Assembly: GCA_965237955.1 (NCBI GenBank)
Contig: OZ250169.1
Coordinates: 6,592,001-6,656,000, forward strand
Direction of reading: 5' to 3'
Source of the DNA: Candidatus Marinacidobacterales bacterium
Lineage (GTDB): Bacteria; Acidobacteriota; Vicinamibacteria; Marinacidobacterales; SMYC01
DNA: 64,000 bases
The notes beneath the pieces are model-generated. The model ran no database searches. It was not told where the DNA came from and saw only the letters and a program-made list of their open reading frames with translations. This document shows positions 39,203-50,029 of this stretch, one piece after another. Within the stretch, counting starts at the first letter, position 1. Each line of letters starts with the position of its first letter. The position numbers and the translations under genes were made by a program.

Positions 39203-41752
39203 ATGACGTTTACGCTGAACGGAAACTCGACAGACATAAAGGGTCGCCACCCCCATCTTTTGTCCGCTCTGCGCGACGAGCTCGGAGTGATTTCGCCCAA
39301 AGATGGTTGCGCGCCTTCGGGTCAGTGTGGCTGCTGCGTCGTTCTCATCGACGGGCGTGCGGTCACGAGCTGCACGCAGTCGGTGGACTCGATCGAAGGG
39401 AAAGACATCGTCACCCTCGAAGGCGTGGACGACGCCGAAGTCGATCGCTACGCGCGCGCGTTTGCATCCACGGGCGCTCTCCAGTGCGGATTCTGTACCC
39501 CAGGCATCGTCATGCGCACCAAAGCGCTGCTGGACTCCAAAGGAAAAGACTTGAAGCGCGACGAGGCGGCGCGTTTCCTAGGGACGCATCTTTGTCGCTG
39601 CACGGGTTACGTCAAAATTCTCGACGCCATCGAAGCACTCGCTCGAGGGGAAAACGTCGACGTCGAGCTCCCGCGAGGCGTGGGGACGTGCGGCATCAAG
39701 TACGAAGGCTGCGATCTCGCCGTCGGGCGACGGCCCTACATCGACGATATGCGAGAGCCCGGGATGCTCCATGCCGCGTTGAAGCTCACCGATCACGCGC
39801 GCGCCGAGATCATCGCCATCAATCCATCGCACGCGCTCGAAGAGCCCGGCGTCGAGGCGGTGTACACCGCGGCCGACGTGCCGGGCGAGCTCCGTATCGG
39901 TCTCATCCACAAAGACTGGCCGGTGTTTATTCCCGAAGGCAGCATCACGTCCTATCTCGGCGACGTGCTCGCGATCGTCGTCGCGCGCGACCGTGAGACC
40001 GCCCGCCGCGCGGCAGCACTCGTCGACGTCACCTACAAGGAGCTTCGCCCGTTAACCGACCCGGTGGCGGCGATCGATGACGAAGACAACGCCGTCTGGA
40101 CTCTGGACGGCAACGTGTTGTCGCGTTCGAGCTACCTTCGGGGTAACGTCGACGACGCGCTCGCGAGCTCGGCCCACAAGGTGCACGAGGTCTTCCAGAC
40201 GCAACGCGTCGAGCACGCGTACCTCGAGCCCGAATCTACGCTCGCGGTCTCTCAGCCCGGAGGAACCCTCCAAGTGTATTCGGGCGGCCAAGGCATCTGG
40301 GACGATCGCAATCAGATCGCGTCCGTGCTCGGTGTTCCTCAAAACGCGGTGCGCGTCGAGCTCGTCTCGAACGGTGGTGCTTTCGGCGGCAAGGAAGACA
40401 TGTCGAACCAAGCGCAAACCGCGCTTGCGGCCTATCTTCTGCAAAAGCCGGTGAAGTGTACCCTCAGTCGTGAAGAGTCGCTCCTCATGCACCCGAAACG
40501 ACACCCGATCCGGATGGAGTATTGGGCGGGCTGCGACGCGGACGGCAAACTCACCGCGATCAAAGCCCGCATGATCGGCGACTCCGACCCGTACGCGTCG
40601 GTCGGGATGAAAGTGCTGGAGCGAGCCGCGGGTCACGCGACCGGTCCGTACCAAGTTCCTTCCGTCGACATCGAGTCGATCGCGGTGCGCACCAACAATC
40701 CCGTATGTGGCGCCTTCCTCGGCTTCGGTGCGAACCAGGCGCACTTCGCCGTCGACGGCGTTTTGGATCGCCTCGCGGAGAAAGTCGGCATCAGCGGTTG
40801 GGAGCTGCGCTCGCGCAATATCATCGAGCCGGGAAAGCTCTGGGGACCGGGCCAAATCATGGATGACGGTTGCCTCGGGGCACGCGTCTGTCTGGACTCC
40901 GTGAAACGTGCTTACGACCAGGCGGTCGCGGACGGAAAAGCTGTCGGCGTCTCGTTGGGACTCAAGAACTCCGGTCTCGGAAACGGGTTCAAGGAGATCG
41001 CCAAAGCCGTCGTGCGCTTCGAGGACGACGGTATCGTCGAAATCCGCCACTGCTGGACCGAGATGGGGCAAGGCGTGCATACGGTCGCGCTTCAAGTAGC
41101 GGTGGAAGAGCTCGGCGTTTCACCGGAGAAGGTCCGCGTCATCGTCGACACGTCGCGCGAGCTCGGCGCCGGGCAAACGACAGGCTCGCGCGGAACGTTG
41201 ATGACTGCGGGCTCGGTGAAGGATGCGTGCCGCGTCGCGCTCGAAGACGGCAAGAGGACCGGCGTCGATTACCACGGCGAGTACCGCGTGGATTGGACCA
41301 ACTCGCTTTCCGACGGTGTGGACAATCCCATCATCCACTCGACGTTCGGCTATGCCGCGCAGCTCGTCATCGCGGATCGCGAGAGCGGCAAGATCGAGCG
41401 CGTGGTCGCCGTACACGACGTTGGCCGCGCCGTGAATCCGATCCTCTGTGAAGGCCAAATCGAAGGCTCAGTACACATGGGGCTCGGCTTCGCGCTCAGC
41501 GAAGACTTCCCCGCCGACGAGAACGGGCGTCCGACCAACATGACCATCAAGAGCCTCGGTATCCTGCGGGCGGGAGACATGCCGGAGGTCGACGTGAAGC
41601 TCGTCGAAAGCCCGCAGCCGAACTCGCCTTACGGCATCAAAGGCGTCGGCGAAATCGGCCTGGTGCCGACCGCGGGCGCGGTGGCTGCGGCACTTCACGA
41701 CGCCGACGGGAAGTGGCGCACGACGCTTCCCATGGCACAGCGCGGCAAGTGA
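39203..41752 (+). CDS. Xanthine dehydrogenase-family Mo hydroxylase with fused 2x[2Fe-2S] domain (selenium-dependent Xdh-like architecture)
   Basis: GCAPSGQCGCC, QCGFCTPG, CRCTGY, GGAFGGKED, HPKRHP, EMGQG, KGVGEIG; no FAD domain. Confidence 0.88.
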   Translation: MTFTLNGNSTDIKGRHPHLLSALRDELGVISPKDGCAPSGQCGCCVVLIDGRAVTSCTQSVDSIEGKDIVTLEGVDDAEVDRYARAFASTGALQCGFCTPGIVMRTKALLDSKGKDLKRDEAARFLGTHLCRCTGYVKILDAIEALARGENVDVELPRGVGTCGIKYEGCDLAVGRRPYIDDMREPGMLHAALKLTDHARAEIIAINPSHALEEPGVEAVYTAADVPGELRIGLIHKDWPVFIPEGSITSYLGDVLAIVVARDRETARRAAALVDVTYKELRPLTDPVAAIDDEDNAVWTLDGNVLSRSSYLRGNVDDALASSAHKVHEVFQTQRVEHAYLEPESTLAVSQPGGTLQVYSGGQGIWDDRNQIASVLGVPQNAVRVELVSNGGAFGGKEDMSNQAQTALAAYLLQKPVKCTLSREESLLMHPKRHPIRMEYWAGCDADGKLTAIKARMIGDSDPYASVGMKVLERAAGHATGPYQVPSVDIESIAVRTNNPVCGAFLGFGANQAHFAVDGVLDRLAEKVGISGWELRSRNIIEPGKLWGPGQIMDDGCLGARVCLDSVKRAYDQAVADGKAVGVSLGLKNSGLGNGFKEIAKAVVRFEDDGIVEIRHCWTEMGQGVHTVALQVAVEELGVSPEKVRVIVDTSRELGAGQTTGSRGTLMTAGSVKDACRVALEDGKRTGVDYHGEYRVDWTNSLSDGVDNPIIHSTFGYAAQLVIADRESGKIERVVAVHDVGRAVNPILCEGQIEGSVHMGLGFALSEDFPADENGRPTNMTIKSLGILRAGDMPEVDVKLVESPQPNSPYGIKGVGEIGLVPTAGAVAAALHDADGKWRTTLPMAQRGK

Positions 41753-42762
41753 ATACCACTCCGGGACTCGTCTGCGCCCACCATCATCTTTATTCCGCCC
41801 TCGCGCGCGGGATGCCGCCGCCACCCCGAACCCCGACGACGTTTCAGGAGATCCTCGAGCTCATCTGGTGGCGTCTCGATAAGGCGCTCGATCTCGAGAT
41901 GATCGAGTGGTCGGCCAAGCTCGGCGCGCTCGAAGCGCTCGAGCGCGGGACGACCGCCATCATCGAGCACCACGCGTCACCGAGCGCCATCGAAGGATCC
42001 CTGTCTGTCATTGCAGATGCGTGCGCTGAGGTCGGCGTTCGCCTCTCGACCTGTTACGAAGTCACTGACCGAAACGGTCGCGACGAAGCCAAAGCGGGTC
42101 TTGCCGAGAACGAGCGCTACCTCAAGGCCGGAGGACGCGGCTATGTGGGCGCCCATGCGTGCTTCACGCTCTCGGACGAAACACTCGACGCCGTGTGTGC
42201 GCTCGCGGAGGAGCTCGACGTCGGCGTCCACATCCACGTGGCCGAAGGACCCGAAGACATCGACGCAGGCAAGCGACTCGAAGAACGTGCGCGCGACAAC
42301 TGGATCCTCGTCCATGCCGTCCACCTCGATCGCGAGCTTCCCGGAACGATCGCACACAATCCCCTGTCCAACATGAACAACGCCGTCGGCTACGCCGCGC
42401 CAGCCAAGCGTCCGAACCCAATCGTTCTCGGCACCGACGGCATCGGCGGCGACATGATCGAAGCGTTCCGCATGGCGTACCTGCGCGCCCGCGAGACCGA
42501 CGTTACCTTTTCGCCCGAGACCGCGTGGAGCTGGCTCGAAGCCAACTGGGAGCTCTTTCCCGAGGCCAAAGACGATCGCGTCACCTGGTCGTACGACCCC
42601 ATGGAACCGTGGCATCTAGCGTTCACCCCTGGAGTCCGGCCACTCGAAATCGTCGTCGACGGAGAGAAGGTCGTGGCGGACGGCAAGCCGACGCGCGTCG
42701 ATCCCATCGAAGTTAGAGCCAAAGCGCGGGAGCAAGCCGAGCGCCTGTTCGAGAAACTCTGA
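41749..42762 (+). CDS. ssnA: SsnA-like aminohydrolase
   Basis: PGLVCAHHHLYSALARG, ILELIWWRLDKALD, HHASP, HIHVAEG. Confidence 0.8.
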   Translation: MNTTPGLVCAHHHLYSALARGMPPPPRTPTTFQEILELIWWRLDKALDLEMIEWSAKLGALEALERGTTAIIEHHASPSAIEGSLSVIADACAEVGVRLSTCYEVTDRNGRDEAKAGLAENERYLKAGGRGYVGAHACFTLSDETLDAVCALAEELDVGVHIHVAEGPEDIDAGKRLEERARDNWILVHAVHLDRELPGTIAHNPLSNMNNAVGYAAPAKRPNPIVLGTDGIGGDMIEAFRMAYLRARETDVTFSPETAWSWLEANWELFPEAKDDRVTWSYDPMEPWHLAFTPGVRPLEIVVDGEKVVADGKPTRVDPIEVRAKAREQAERLFEKL

Positions 42763-43845
42763 TGACGACAATCATTCGCAACGAGTCGACGGTTGCGCTG
42801 CCGGACGGATTCAAAACGTCGCCGAAGCCCCTCGAGCTCCATGAAAAACTCCCGCACTACGCTCCGACCCCACTCATCGATGCACCGCCGATTGCGGAGA
42901 GGCTCAGTCTCTCTCGAGTACTCGTCAAAGACGAATCGCAACGCTTCGGCATGCCCTCGTTCAAGCTTCTCGGCGCGTCGTGGGCGACGTTCCGCGCGCT
43001 CGTCGACTACATCGGACGCGATCCCGCACCCTGGGTCGATATCGACGGGTTGCGCGAACAGGTCGCGCCACTGCGGCCGTTCGCACTCGCGGCAGCCACC
43101 GACGGAAACCACGGCCGCGCGGTTGCGCGCATGGCGAAGCTTCTAGACTTCGAGGCGAAGATCTTCGTTCCCGCGGGAACAACCCAAGCCCGCATCGATA
43201 GGATCGAGAGCGAAGGCGCGAGTTGCACCGTCGTCGACGGCGACTATGATGACACCGTGGCCCGCTCCGCCGAAGAAGCCAGCCATCGCTGTCTCGTCAT
43301 CGACGACACCTCGTGGCCCGGCTACGAAGACATCCCCCGCTGGGTCGCCGAAGGCTACGCGACCATCTTTTATGAGATCGACGAAACCCCCGACGTCGTC
43401 TTCGTTCCTCTCGGTGTCGGCGCACTTGGCGCCGCCGCCACGGACTTCTACAAACGCGCCGACGATACGACCATCGTCGGCGTCGAGCCCAAGACGTGCG
43501 CGTCGGTCCTCGCATCAATCCAAAAAGGCGAGCTCGTGACCGTGCCCGGACCTCACCCATCAATGATGGCCGGCCTCAACTGCGGCACACCGTCCGCGGT
43601 CGCGTTCCCGACGCTAAAAGCGGGCCTCGACTGGTGCGTCTCCGTGGAAGACAGCTACGCCGAACAAGCCATGCGCACCCTAGCGGTGTGCGGCATCATC
43701 TCGGGCGAAACCGGCGCGGCCGCGCTCGCGGGCCTCGTCGAACCCGCTAGAGCTGGGCAAAGAATCGACTGTCCTAGTGATTTCTACCGAAGGCGCCACC
43801 GACCCGGCCGCGTACGAACGAATCGTAGGCCGTAAGCCGACTTGA
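42762..43845 (+). CDS. dpaL: Diaminopropionate ammonia-lyase; frameshift near 43743
   Basis: VKDESQRFGMPSFKLLG, ATDGNHGRAVA, MAGLNCG, GETGAA; true C-terminus VLVISTEGATDPAAY is in a shifted frame. Confidence 0.88.
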
Positions 43846-43864
43846 AGCTCAACCTCTCGCCCGT

Positions 43865-43891
43865 CCCGCCTTCGCTACTAGCTTCGGCGGG
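43865..43891. repeat. REP-like palindrome / possible terminator after dpaL
   Basis: CCCGCC-TTC-GCTA-C-TAGC-TTC-GGCGGG. Confidence 0.5.
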
Positions 43892-44026
43892 TTAGCTCAG
43901 AAGCGACCGCGACCGCGAGGTCGTCGAAGCGCTCTTTCGTGTCGAAAGCTACGCGTCCGAGTTCGAAGACCTCGAGCGACTCGTTCCCACGGACGACAGA
44001 CGCCAGGCGAAGGAGGTCGCCGATAG

Positions 44027-44302
44027 CTAGAGGTTTTGCTCTTTCAGGCGACCCTGGATGTACTTGTGAAGTATGCTTGTGATGAGCGTCTGATACGGGA
44101 TGCCTTCAGTCAACGCGCGTTTTTGCAGGGCTTCGAGATCTTTGCTGGTTATCCGGATGTTTACGCGACGGTCTTTCCTGAACGTCGCTCGCGCATAGTC
44201 TTGATATCGCTTCAGCGCGCCTTCTTTGTCGCGGACGCTCTCCCACTCGCCGGCATCAAAGGATTCGACGAGCTCTTTCTCCTCTTTGTCGAGCTTGGGC
44301 AT
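44027..44302 (-). CDS. CopG/BrnA-type antitoxin
   Basis: KDRRVNIRI...LQKRAL.EGIPYQTLI.SILHKY; internal GGAGG RBS before the ATG. Confidence 0.85.
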   Translation of the reverse strand: MPKLDKEEKELVESFDAGEWESVRDKEGALKRYQDYARATFRKDRRVNIRITSKDLEALQKRALTEGIPYQTLITSILHKYIQGRLKEQNL

Positions 44303-44575
44303 CCATCGGCCTCCCAGGTATCGTTTCGTCGCCTTGCGACTCGGGATGATGGTCTTCAAAAACAATTCTTCTTCTGATTCCACGAACGGCACGAGATAGG
44401 CGTAGTCGTCCACGGCGACGACGAACAAGCGCTGTTCGGGGTAGCGCTCGTCGTTTGGGTGTTCCAGCACATCGAGGACGTCACCACGCTCGATGTGAAA
44501 CACGACTTCCTCGAAAGAGATTCCGCGCTCCCGTACGAGCTGCTCGTTCTTCTCGTGGTTCCAAGAGAAGTACAC
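44303..44575 (-). CDS. BrnT-family toxin (no stop; in frame with the antitoxin)
   Basis: FSWNHEKN..L.RERGISFEEV, HPN..RY..Q, LKTIIPSRKATK. Confidence 0.85.
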
Positions 44576-44749
44576 CTAGAAACTAATTGTATCATAATGT
44601 GTGCCTATTGCACTCAGACTTACTACACTCAACGTACTCTGATAGGTCAATCGCAATCGTTGTGCGCTTCATAGCTTCATAATTCCATACTTTCTGCTTT
44701 CGCGGCACACTGGCTGCAAACTAGGCGATATGGGCGTAGAATACGGCCC

Positions 44750-46003
44750 ATGACTACGACAGCCCGAGCGGTTGCATTCCTCCTATCGTGCGGCACGTTT
44801 GCGAGCGTGGCCGTCGCGCAGACCTACGACATCGTCATACAGCACGGGCACGTGATCGACCCCCGAAACGGTATCGATGCGGTGATGGACGTGGCGATTG
44901 GCGACGGCGTCATCGCGGCGGTCCAGACCGAAATCGCGGCGTCGCGGGGTGAAACCGTTATCGACGCCTCGGGGCTCTACGTGACTCCGGGCCTCGTCGA
45001 TCTCCACACGCATGCGTTCTTCGGAACCGAGCCCAACGCCGCGTACAGCAACGGGTACAACGCGCTGCCTCCGGATGGGTTCACGTTCCGCGCCGGGATA
45101 ACGACCGTCATCGATCTCGGTGACGCCGGGTGGCGGAATTTCGTTCAGTTCAAAGAGCAGGTCATCGACCGGTCTCGAACGCGCGTGCTGGCGTTTCTCA
45201 ACATCGTGGGCTCGGGGATGAAAGGCGGTCCCATCGAACAGAACCTCGTGGACATGGATCCGAAGCTCACCGCTATGCGTGCCGCGGAGTTTCCCGAGGT
45301 CGTCGTCGGCATCAAAGTCGCGCACTACCAGGGCGGGGACTGGGATCCGGTCGATCGGGCTGTCGAGGCAGGCAAAATCGCCGGCGTCCCGGTCGCCGTG
45401 GACTTCGGGGGACACATGCCGCCCCTTTCCCTCGAAGAGCTGTTCATGACGCATCTACGTCCCGGCGATATCTTGACGCACGCGTACGCGAATGTCCGCG
45501 GCCGCATTGCGATTGTCGACAACACCGGCACGCTTCGTCCGTTCGTGCCGCTGGCGAGGGAGCGCGGGATCGTTTTCGATGTCGGCCACGGCGCTGGAAG
45601 CTTTCGATTCAATCAAGCGGTGCCGGCGATGCAGCAAGGCTTTCCGCCCGACACGATCAGCACCGACTTGCATCGAGCGAGCATGAACGCGGGGATGAAG
45701 GACATGCTGAACGTGATGTCCAAGTTTCTGAACCTGGAGATGCCGCTTCCCGATGTGATCGAGGCGTCGACATGGCGTCCCGCTCGAACCATCAAGAGAG
45801 ACGACATCGGACACCTGAGCGTAGGCGCCGAAGCAGACCTCACGGTTCTCCGGTTGCGCGAAGGCGACTTCGGCTTCGTCGACGTCGCCGGCGGGAAGCT
45901 CGCCGGGAGCCAGAAGCTCGAATGCGAGCTCACCGTGCGCGCCGGTGAGGTGGTTTGGGATCTGAACGGATTATCGCGACCGGCGTGGGACGCGAGTCCT
46001 TGA
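44750..46003 (+). CDS. Secreted amidohydrolase/deacetylase (dihydroorotase-like)
   Basis: Signal peptide, PGLVDLHTH, GIKVAH, LRPGDILTH, FDVGHGAGSF, ISTDLH. Confidence 0.88.
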   Translation: MTTTARAVAFLLSCGTFASVAVAQTYDIVIQHGHVIDPRNGIDAVMDVAIGDGVIAAVQTEIAASRGETVIDASGLYVTPGLVDLHTHAFFGTEPNAAYSNGYNALPPDGFTFRAGITTVIDLGDAGWRNFVQFKEQVIDRSRTRVLAFLNIVGSGMKGGPIEQNLVDMDPKLTAMRAAEFPEVVVGIKVAHYQGGDWDPVDRAVEAGKIAGVPVAVDFGGHMPPLSLEELFMTHLRPGDILTHAYANVRGRIAIVDNTGTLRPFVPLARERGIVFDVGHGAGSFRFNQAVPAMQQGFPPDTISTDLHRASMNAGMKDMLNVMSKFLNLEMPLPDVIEASTWRPARTIKRDDIGHLSVGAEADLTVLRLREGDFGFVDVAGGKLAGSQKLECELTVRAGEVVWDLNGLSRPAWDASP

Positions 46004-46005
46004 TT

Positions 46006-46148
46006 CTAGCGACGCCGCAACGTTCTCAATAGGCGAATCAAATCTCGAAATCCTCCGATCGTAATCCAAACCAGAAACGTGGAACCTAAAGCGAACATCA
46101 CATAGATAGCGCGGCCAGGATGACCCAGTCGATGGTGTGAAGGTTCAC
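46006..46148 (-). pseudogene. Hollowed sodium:solute symporter remnant (first and last codons only)
   Basis: MNLHTIDWVILAA joined to ...LVWITIGGFRDLIRLLRTLRRR*. Confidence 0.55.
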
Positions 46149-46203
46149 GCTCTACCTTTTCTCTTGACGCTCGCGCCCGGGTTCGTTTAACTGCCTGCTA
46201 CAA

Positions 46204-46550
46204 ATGTCTATCATCGACAGCCATTGTCCCATCGGAGCCGGCATCCGCTGGGCTACACCGACTTCTGGTACGATGCCGTCCCGGCCGCGCCGCAATCGGA
46301 GAACATCTATCTCGAGACCTCGCTCATCGACATCATGAATATTCAAAACGCGATCGAGAAAGTTGGCGCGGAGCGGATCCTCTTCGGCTCCGACTGCCCG
46401 GAAAGCGATCTCTCGCTCGAGCTCGAGAAGATCGCCATGGTCGACATGAACGACGAGGCGAGGCGCCGCACCGCCAATCACTTGAAGCTTCCGGTGCTGT
46501 TCCATGACGGGACGTTGCACGAGATCGTTTCGGAGATCGATTCACGATGA
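46204..46550 (+). pseudogene. Mosaic of amidohydrolase_2 fragments
   Basis: MSIIDSHCPIG + NIYLETS...GAERILFGSD.P + LPVLFHDGT pieces, with internal deletions. Confidence 0.7.
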
Positions 46551-47917
46551 AGCTAGGACCCACTCTCTCGGAAATGCGCGAGCCGTGGACCATCGATCCC
46601 TCGACGCGCAAGCAGGCTCTCGACGCCAAAGCGTCGGACCCGCTCGACGCCGTCAACCTCTACAACATCACCTGGTACGACGCGGACGACGAGATCCAGC
46701 ACTTCGTGATCCCGCCCGCGGTGACCGGCGTCGAGGCACCCATCGTCGTCATCTACAGCCGCGATTTTCCGACGGGAAGCCACAAAGTCGGCGCCGCGTA
46801 CTCCGTTCTCGCGGAGCTCATCGTCTCCGGTGAAGTCGATCCCGAAAAGCACCGTCTCGTGTGGCCGAGCACCGGCAACTACGGAGTTGGGGGCGCCTGG
46901 GTCGGTGGCCGCGTTGGCTGCAAGAGCATCGTGGTGCTTCCGGAAGGCATGAGCCGCGAGCGTTTCGAGCTCATCGAGAGCTTCGGCGCCGAAATCATCA
47001 AGACGCCGGGAAGCGAGTCGAACGTCAAGGAGATCTACGACAAGACGTGGGAGCTTCGACAGGACCCCGAGATACGCATCCTGAATCAATTCGAGGTCAT
47101 GGGGAACTACCGCTTTCACTACGAGGTGACGGGTAACTCAGTGGTCGAGCTCGCCCAGCGGCTCGGAGCCATTGGGGTCGGGAGCGGCTCGGCGGCCGCG
47201 TTCGTCTCGTCGATGGGAAGCGCCGGTACGATCGCGGCCGGCGATCGTCTGAAACAGGTTTGGCCCGATCACAAAATCGTGGGGCTCGAGCCTATCCAAT
47301 GTCCTACGCTCTACAACAACGGCTACGGCGCTCACGAGATCCAGGGCATCGGCGACAAGCATGTGACTTGGATCCATCACGTCAACAACATGGATGCGAT
47401 GATGTGCATCGACGATCTGTCCTCGGTGCGCGGGCTGCAGCTCTTTACCGACGACACCGGGCGACGGGTGCTCGAGGAGCGGTTCGCGGTGTCATCGAGC
47501 GACGTCGCCATGCTGGCGTCGATCTTCGGGATCAGCGGTGTATGCAATTTGCTCGGTGCAATCAAAACCGCGAAATACTACGGCTTCGGCAAGGACGATC
47601 TCGTGGTGACGGTTTGCACCGATGATATCGGCCGTTACGGAAGCGTCATGGAGTGGCTGACAAAGCAAGAAGGCCCGATGGACGAAGCCGTGGCGACGGC
47701 TCGCATGACCGGCATCTTCCACGGTGCGGGACTTGATTGGATACAAGAAGGAACGGTCCATAACCGGAATACGTGGCACAACCTCAAGTACTACACCTGG
47801 GTCGAACAGCAAGGAAAGAGCGTCGACGAGCTCGATGCCCAGCGCGAGCCTGGCTGGTGGCAAGCACACCAGAGCCGCATCCCGGACGTCAACGAAAAGA
47901 TTCGTGCTTCCCGCTGA
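46547..47917 (+). CDS. Fold-type II PLP-dependent enzyme (cysteine/threonine synthase superfamily)
   Basis: FPTGSHKVGAA (PLP Lys), WPSTGNY, GSAGTIAAGD, IQGIGDKH. Confidence 0.88.
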   Translation: MKLGPTLSEMREPWTIDPSTRKQALDAKASDPLDAVNLYNITWYDADDEIQHFVIPPAVTGVEAPIVVIYSRDFPTGSHKVGAAYSVLAELIVSGEVDPEKHRLVWPSTGNYGVGGAWVGGRVGCKSIVVLPEGMSRERFELIESFGAEIIKTPGSESNVKEIYDKTWELRQDPEIRILNQFEVMGNYRFHYEVTGNSVVELAQRLGAIGVGSGSAAAFVSSMGSAGTIAAGDRLKQVWPDHKIVGLEPIQCPTLYNNGYGAHEIQGIGDKHVTWIHHVNNMDAMMCIDDLSSVRGLQLFTDDTGRRVLEERFAVSSSDVAMLASIFGISGVCNLLGAIKTAKYYGFGKDDLVVTVCTDDIGRYGSVMEWLTKQEGPMDEAVATARMTGIFHGAGLDWIQEGTVHNRNTWHNLKYYTWVEQQGKSVDELDAQREPGWWQAHQSRIPDVNEKIRASR

Positions 47918-47949
47918 AATGAGCCGCTTTTACGGTACTATGGACGCTC

Positions 47950-48360
47950 ATGAAAACAATTCGGCTCTTGTTCCTCGCATCCTGTCTGTGCATCGCGACC
48001 TTTGGTTGCCAAGCCGTTTCTGGTGTTTCGAACCTCTTCAATGACGGGGACCCCGATCTGATCCCGCTCCCCGTGGCCGGGTTTTGCCGCGACGGTAGCG
48101 TCTCAGTGACGCTACGCAATCAAGGGCCCTCCGACGCGGATTCCTCGACGACCACGGTAACGTTCGCGGGCGGCGGATCGGTGCAGTTACCGACGCCGGC
48201 GATTGAAGGCGGCCGTATCGAGTCGCTTCCGCCGCTCACGATCCCAGCGAAGTGTTTCGCGCCGAGCTGCTTTTTCCAGGTGATCGTCGATTCGAACAAC
48301 GACATCGAAGAGAGCGATGAGTCGAACAATAGCGTCGATGAAACCTGTTCAGCCCCCTGA
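47950..48360 (+). CDS. CARDB-domain lipoprotein
   Basis: Lipobox TFGC; PDLIP, VTLRNQG, IVDSNNDIEESDESNN. Confidence 0.82.
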   Translation: MKTIRLLFLASCLCIATFGCQAVSGVSNLFNDGDPDLIPLPVAGFCRDGSVSVTLRNQGPSDADSSTTTVTFAGGGSVQLPTPAIEGGRIESLPPLTIPAKCFAPSCFFQVIVDSNNDIEESDESNNSVDETCSAP

Positions 48361-48699
48361 CGGCGCTTCGTCCCGGTTCCAGATCAAACTTTTTCTCAGC
48401 TCACGCGCCATCCCGAAAGCGATGCGTATGACGGACGTCTTGACCAGGTCATAGAAAAGGTTGCCGCGGTAGCCGAAGTGACTCGTAATGATGTGGGAAT
48501 GCACGGCCCGCTCGAGCATCGTCAAGCCGTTCGGTAACGAGTGCTGCCAGTACCGGCGTCATCGCTCGTCCGCGACGTTCGCGATCGTCGGAAACACCGC
48601 CGGGCCGGATTTCGTGTTTCACCCGCATCCTCGCGATCGAGATTCCGGGCAAAACCGTCGGATTCGCTGGCACCATTGCCGGCAATTGTCCTTAGCGCC

Positions 48700-50010
48700 C
48701 TAGCTGAAGAGCCCTGCCAGCTCAACCTCTAGCGCCGCCTCGGCCTCTTGTTGAGTCTCTCCTATCGCGATCACGTCTAGCTTTCCTGATTCCTGCAAAG
48801 GGCCGACGTTGTAGAGAATGAACCGTCCTTTGCCACTCGCGGGATGGTAGAGCTCACTTCTTAGCCGACTCTGCACTTCCTCGAAGGACGTGCCAACGAG
48901 ATGCTCGGATACATAGTCTTGAGCGCGGTACGGCGGCCGGTTACTCGGGACAAGACGGTCGACGAGAGACATCGGGATGCTCGTGCCGCCCCATCGACCA
49001 TTGCACTCGGTAAACCGCGCGCGCTCATCGTCGAGCACGATGAAATCAAACGAGCATCTTCCGACGTAGCCGAGCTCTTGCAGAGCCGTGGCCACTCGAG
49101 TTGACGCCGTCGCCAGCTCGACAGCAATCGGATGCGTGAGCGGACGACTGCCGACGAAAATCTTCTCGGGTCCTTTCAGGATCTGCTCGTAGACGCCTTC
49201 GACGATCGGCCGCCCCTGTCCGCGCGGTGGAATCCACGTTTGTGTGGACGGAGAAAGATCGGTTTCTTCCCACGCGACAGCGAGCACATCTTCCGCGCCG
49301 TCCCACTCGGTACGCTCGAGGAACGCGCACACGACGTCTTCGACGTCTTGTTCGAGGAGCTCGGCCGAATCGAAAACTTCATTCCCCATGGCCGAAGCAC
49401 AGCGGGTTCGCTTGAGACCGACGCGGGTACACGTCTTGGCGATCTCGCGAAGATGGTGCGCGATCACGCGAGGCTCACGTGCAATCTCGGTACGGACGAG
49501 CCACTCCTTCCCAAGTGTTTGCTCGACTAGCTCGCTGAAGGATTTTTTATCATTCGCGATCCACGTGACCGGAGGCGGCGGCCCGATGACTTTGACGGGC
49601 GCGTTCGCATCGGCTTCCACGCGCGCCGCCAGCTCCCATACCGGCTCGATGCTCATGTAGGGATGGATCAACAAGCCTCGCGCGGCGCGGGCGCGCTCGA
49701 CAATCTGCGCGAGCGCGGTGCCGCAGCCGCAAGCCTTCGCGACCGCGAGAGGTGACGTGACGATCTCCGCAATCACCGGCTCGGGCGAGCCCATGCGCAA
49801 AGCGTCGCGACAATACTCTTCATAGCCTTCGACGGGAGGGGTTACCGCGGCATAAAGGTCGCCGACGCCGGCGCGCACGCGTGCGCGGTGCTGGTACTCC
49901 TCGATCCCGATGATTTTGCCGAGAAACGGAATTTCAGAGACGTCGTCGAGGTAGAGCGTGGGGTAGCCGCTCTCGCCCCTCCAAAGGTGCTCTTCGTAGT
50001 TCGATCCCAT
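48700..50010 (-). CDS. PreATP-grasp/ATP-grasp protein (PGM1-like peptide ligase family)
   Basis: [38 protein letters not shown]. Confidence 0.75.
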   Translation of the reverse strand: MGSNYEEHLWRGESGYPTLYLDDVSEIPFLGKIIGIEEYQHRARVRAGVGDLYAAVTPPVEGYEEYCRDALRMGSPEPVIAEIVTSPLAVAKACGCGTALAQIVERARAARGLLIHPYMSIEPVWELAARVEADANAPVKVIGPPPPVTWIANDKKSFSELVEQTLGKEWLVRTEIAREPRVIAHHLREIAKTCTRVGLKRTRCASAMGNEVFDSAELLEQDVEDVVCAFLERTEWDGAEDVLAVAWEETDLSPSTQTWIPPRGQGRPIVEGVYEQILKGPEKIFVGSRPLTHPIAVELATASTRVATALQELGYVGRCSFDFIVLDDERARFTECNGRWGGTSIPMSLVDRLVPSNRPPYRAQDYVSEHLVGTSFEEVQSRLRSELYHPASGKGRFILYNVGPLQESGKLDVIAIGETQQEAEAALEVELAGLFS

Positions 50011-50029
50011 TGATTTACAATCCCAGATT

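Noticed and set aside
44703-44718. Sigma-54-like CGGCAC-N5-CTGCA upstream of the amidohydrolase
   Set aside because: Two mismatches to consensus, and a better-placed TAGAAT -10 explains the start
48365-48690. Possible UGA read-through ORF or precursor peptide downstream of the ATP-grasp gene
   Set aside because: No start signal, no redox motif or clear SECIS, no recognisable family; probably gene debris
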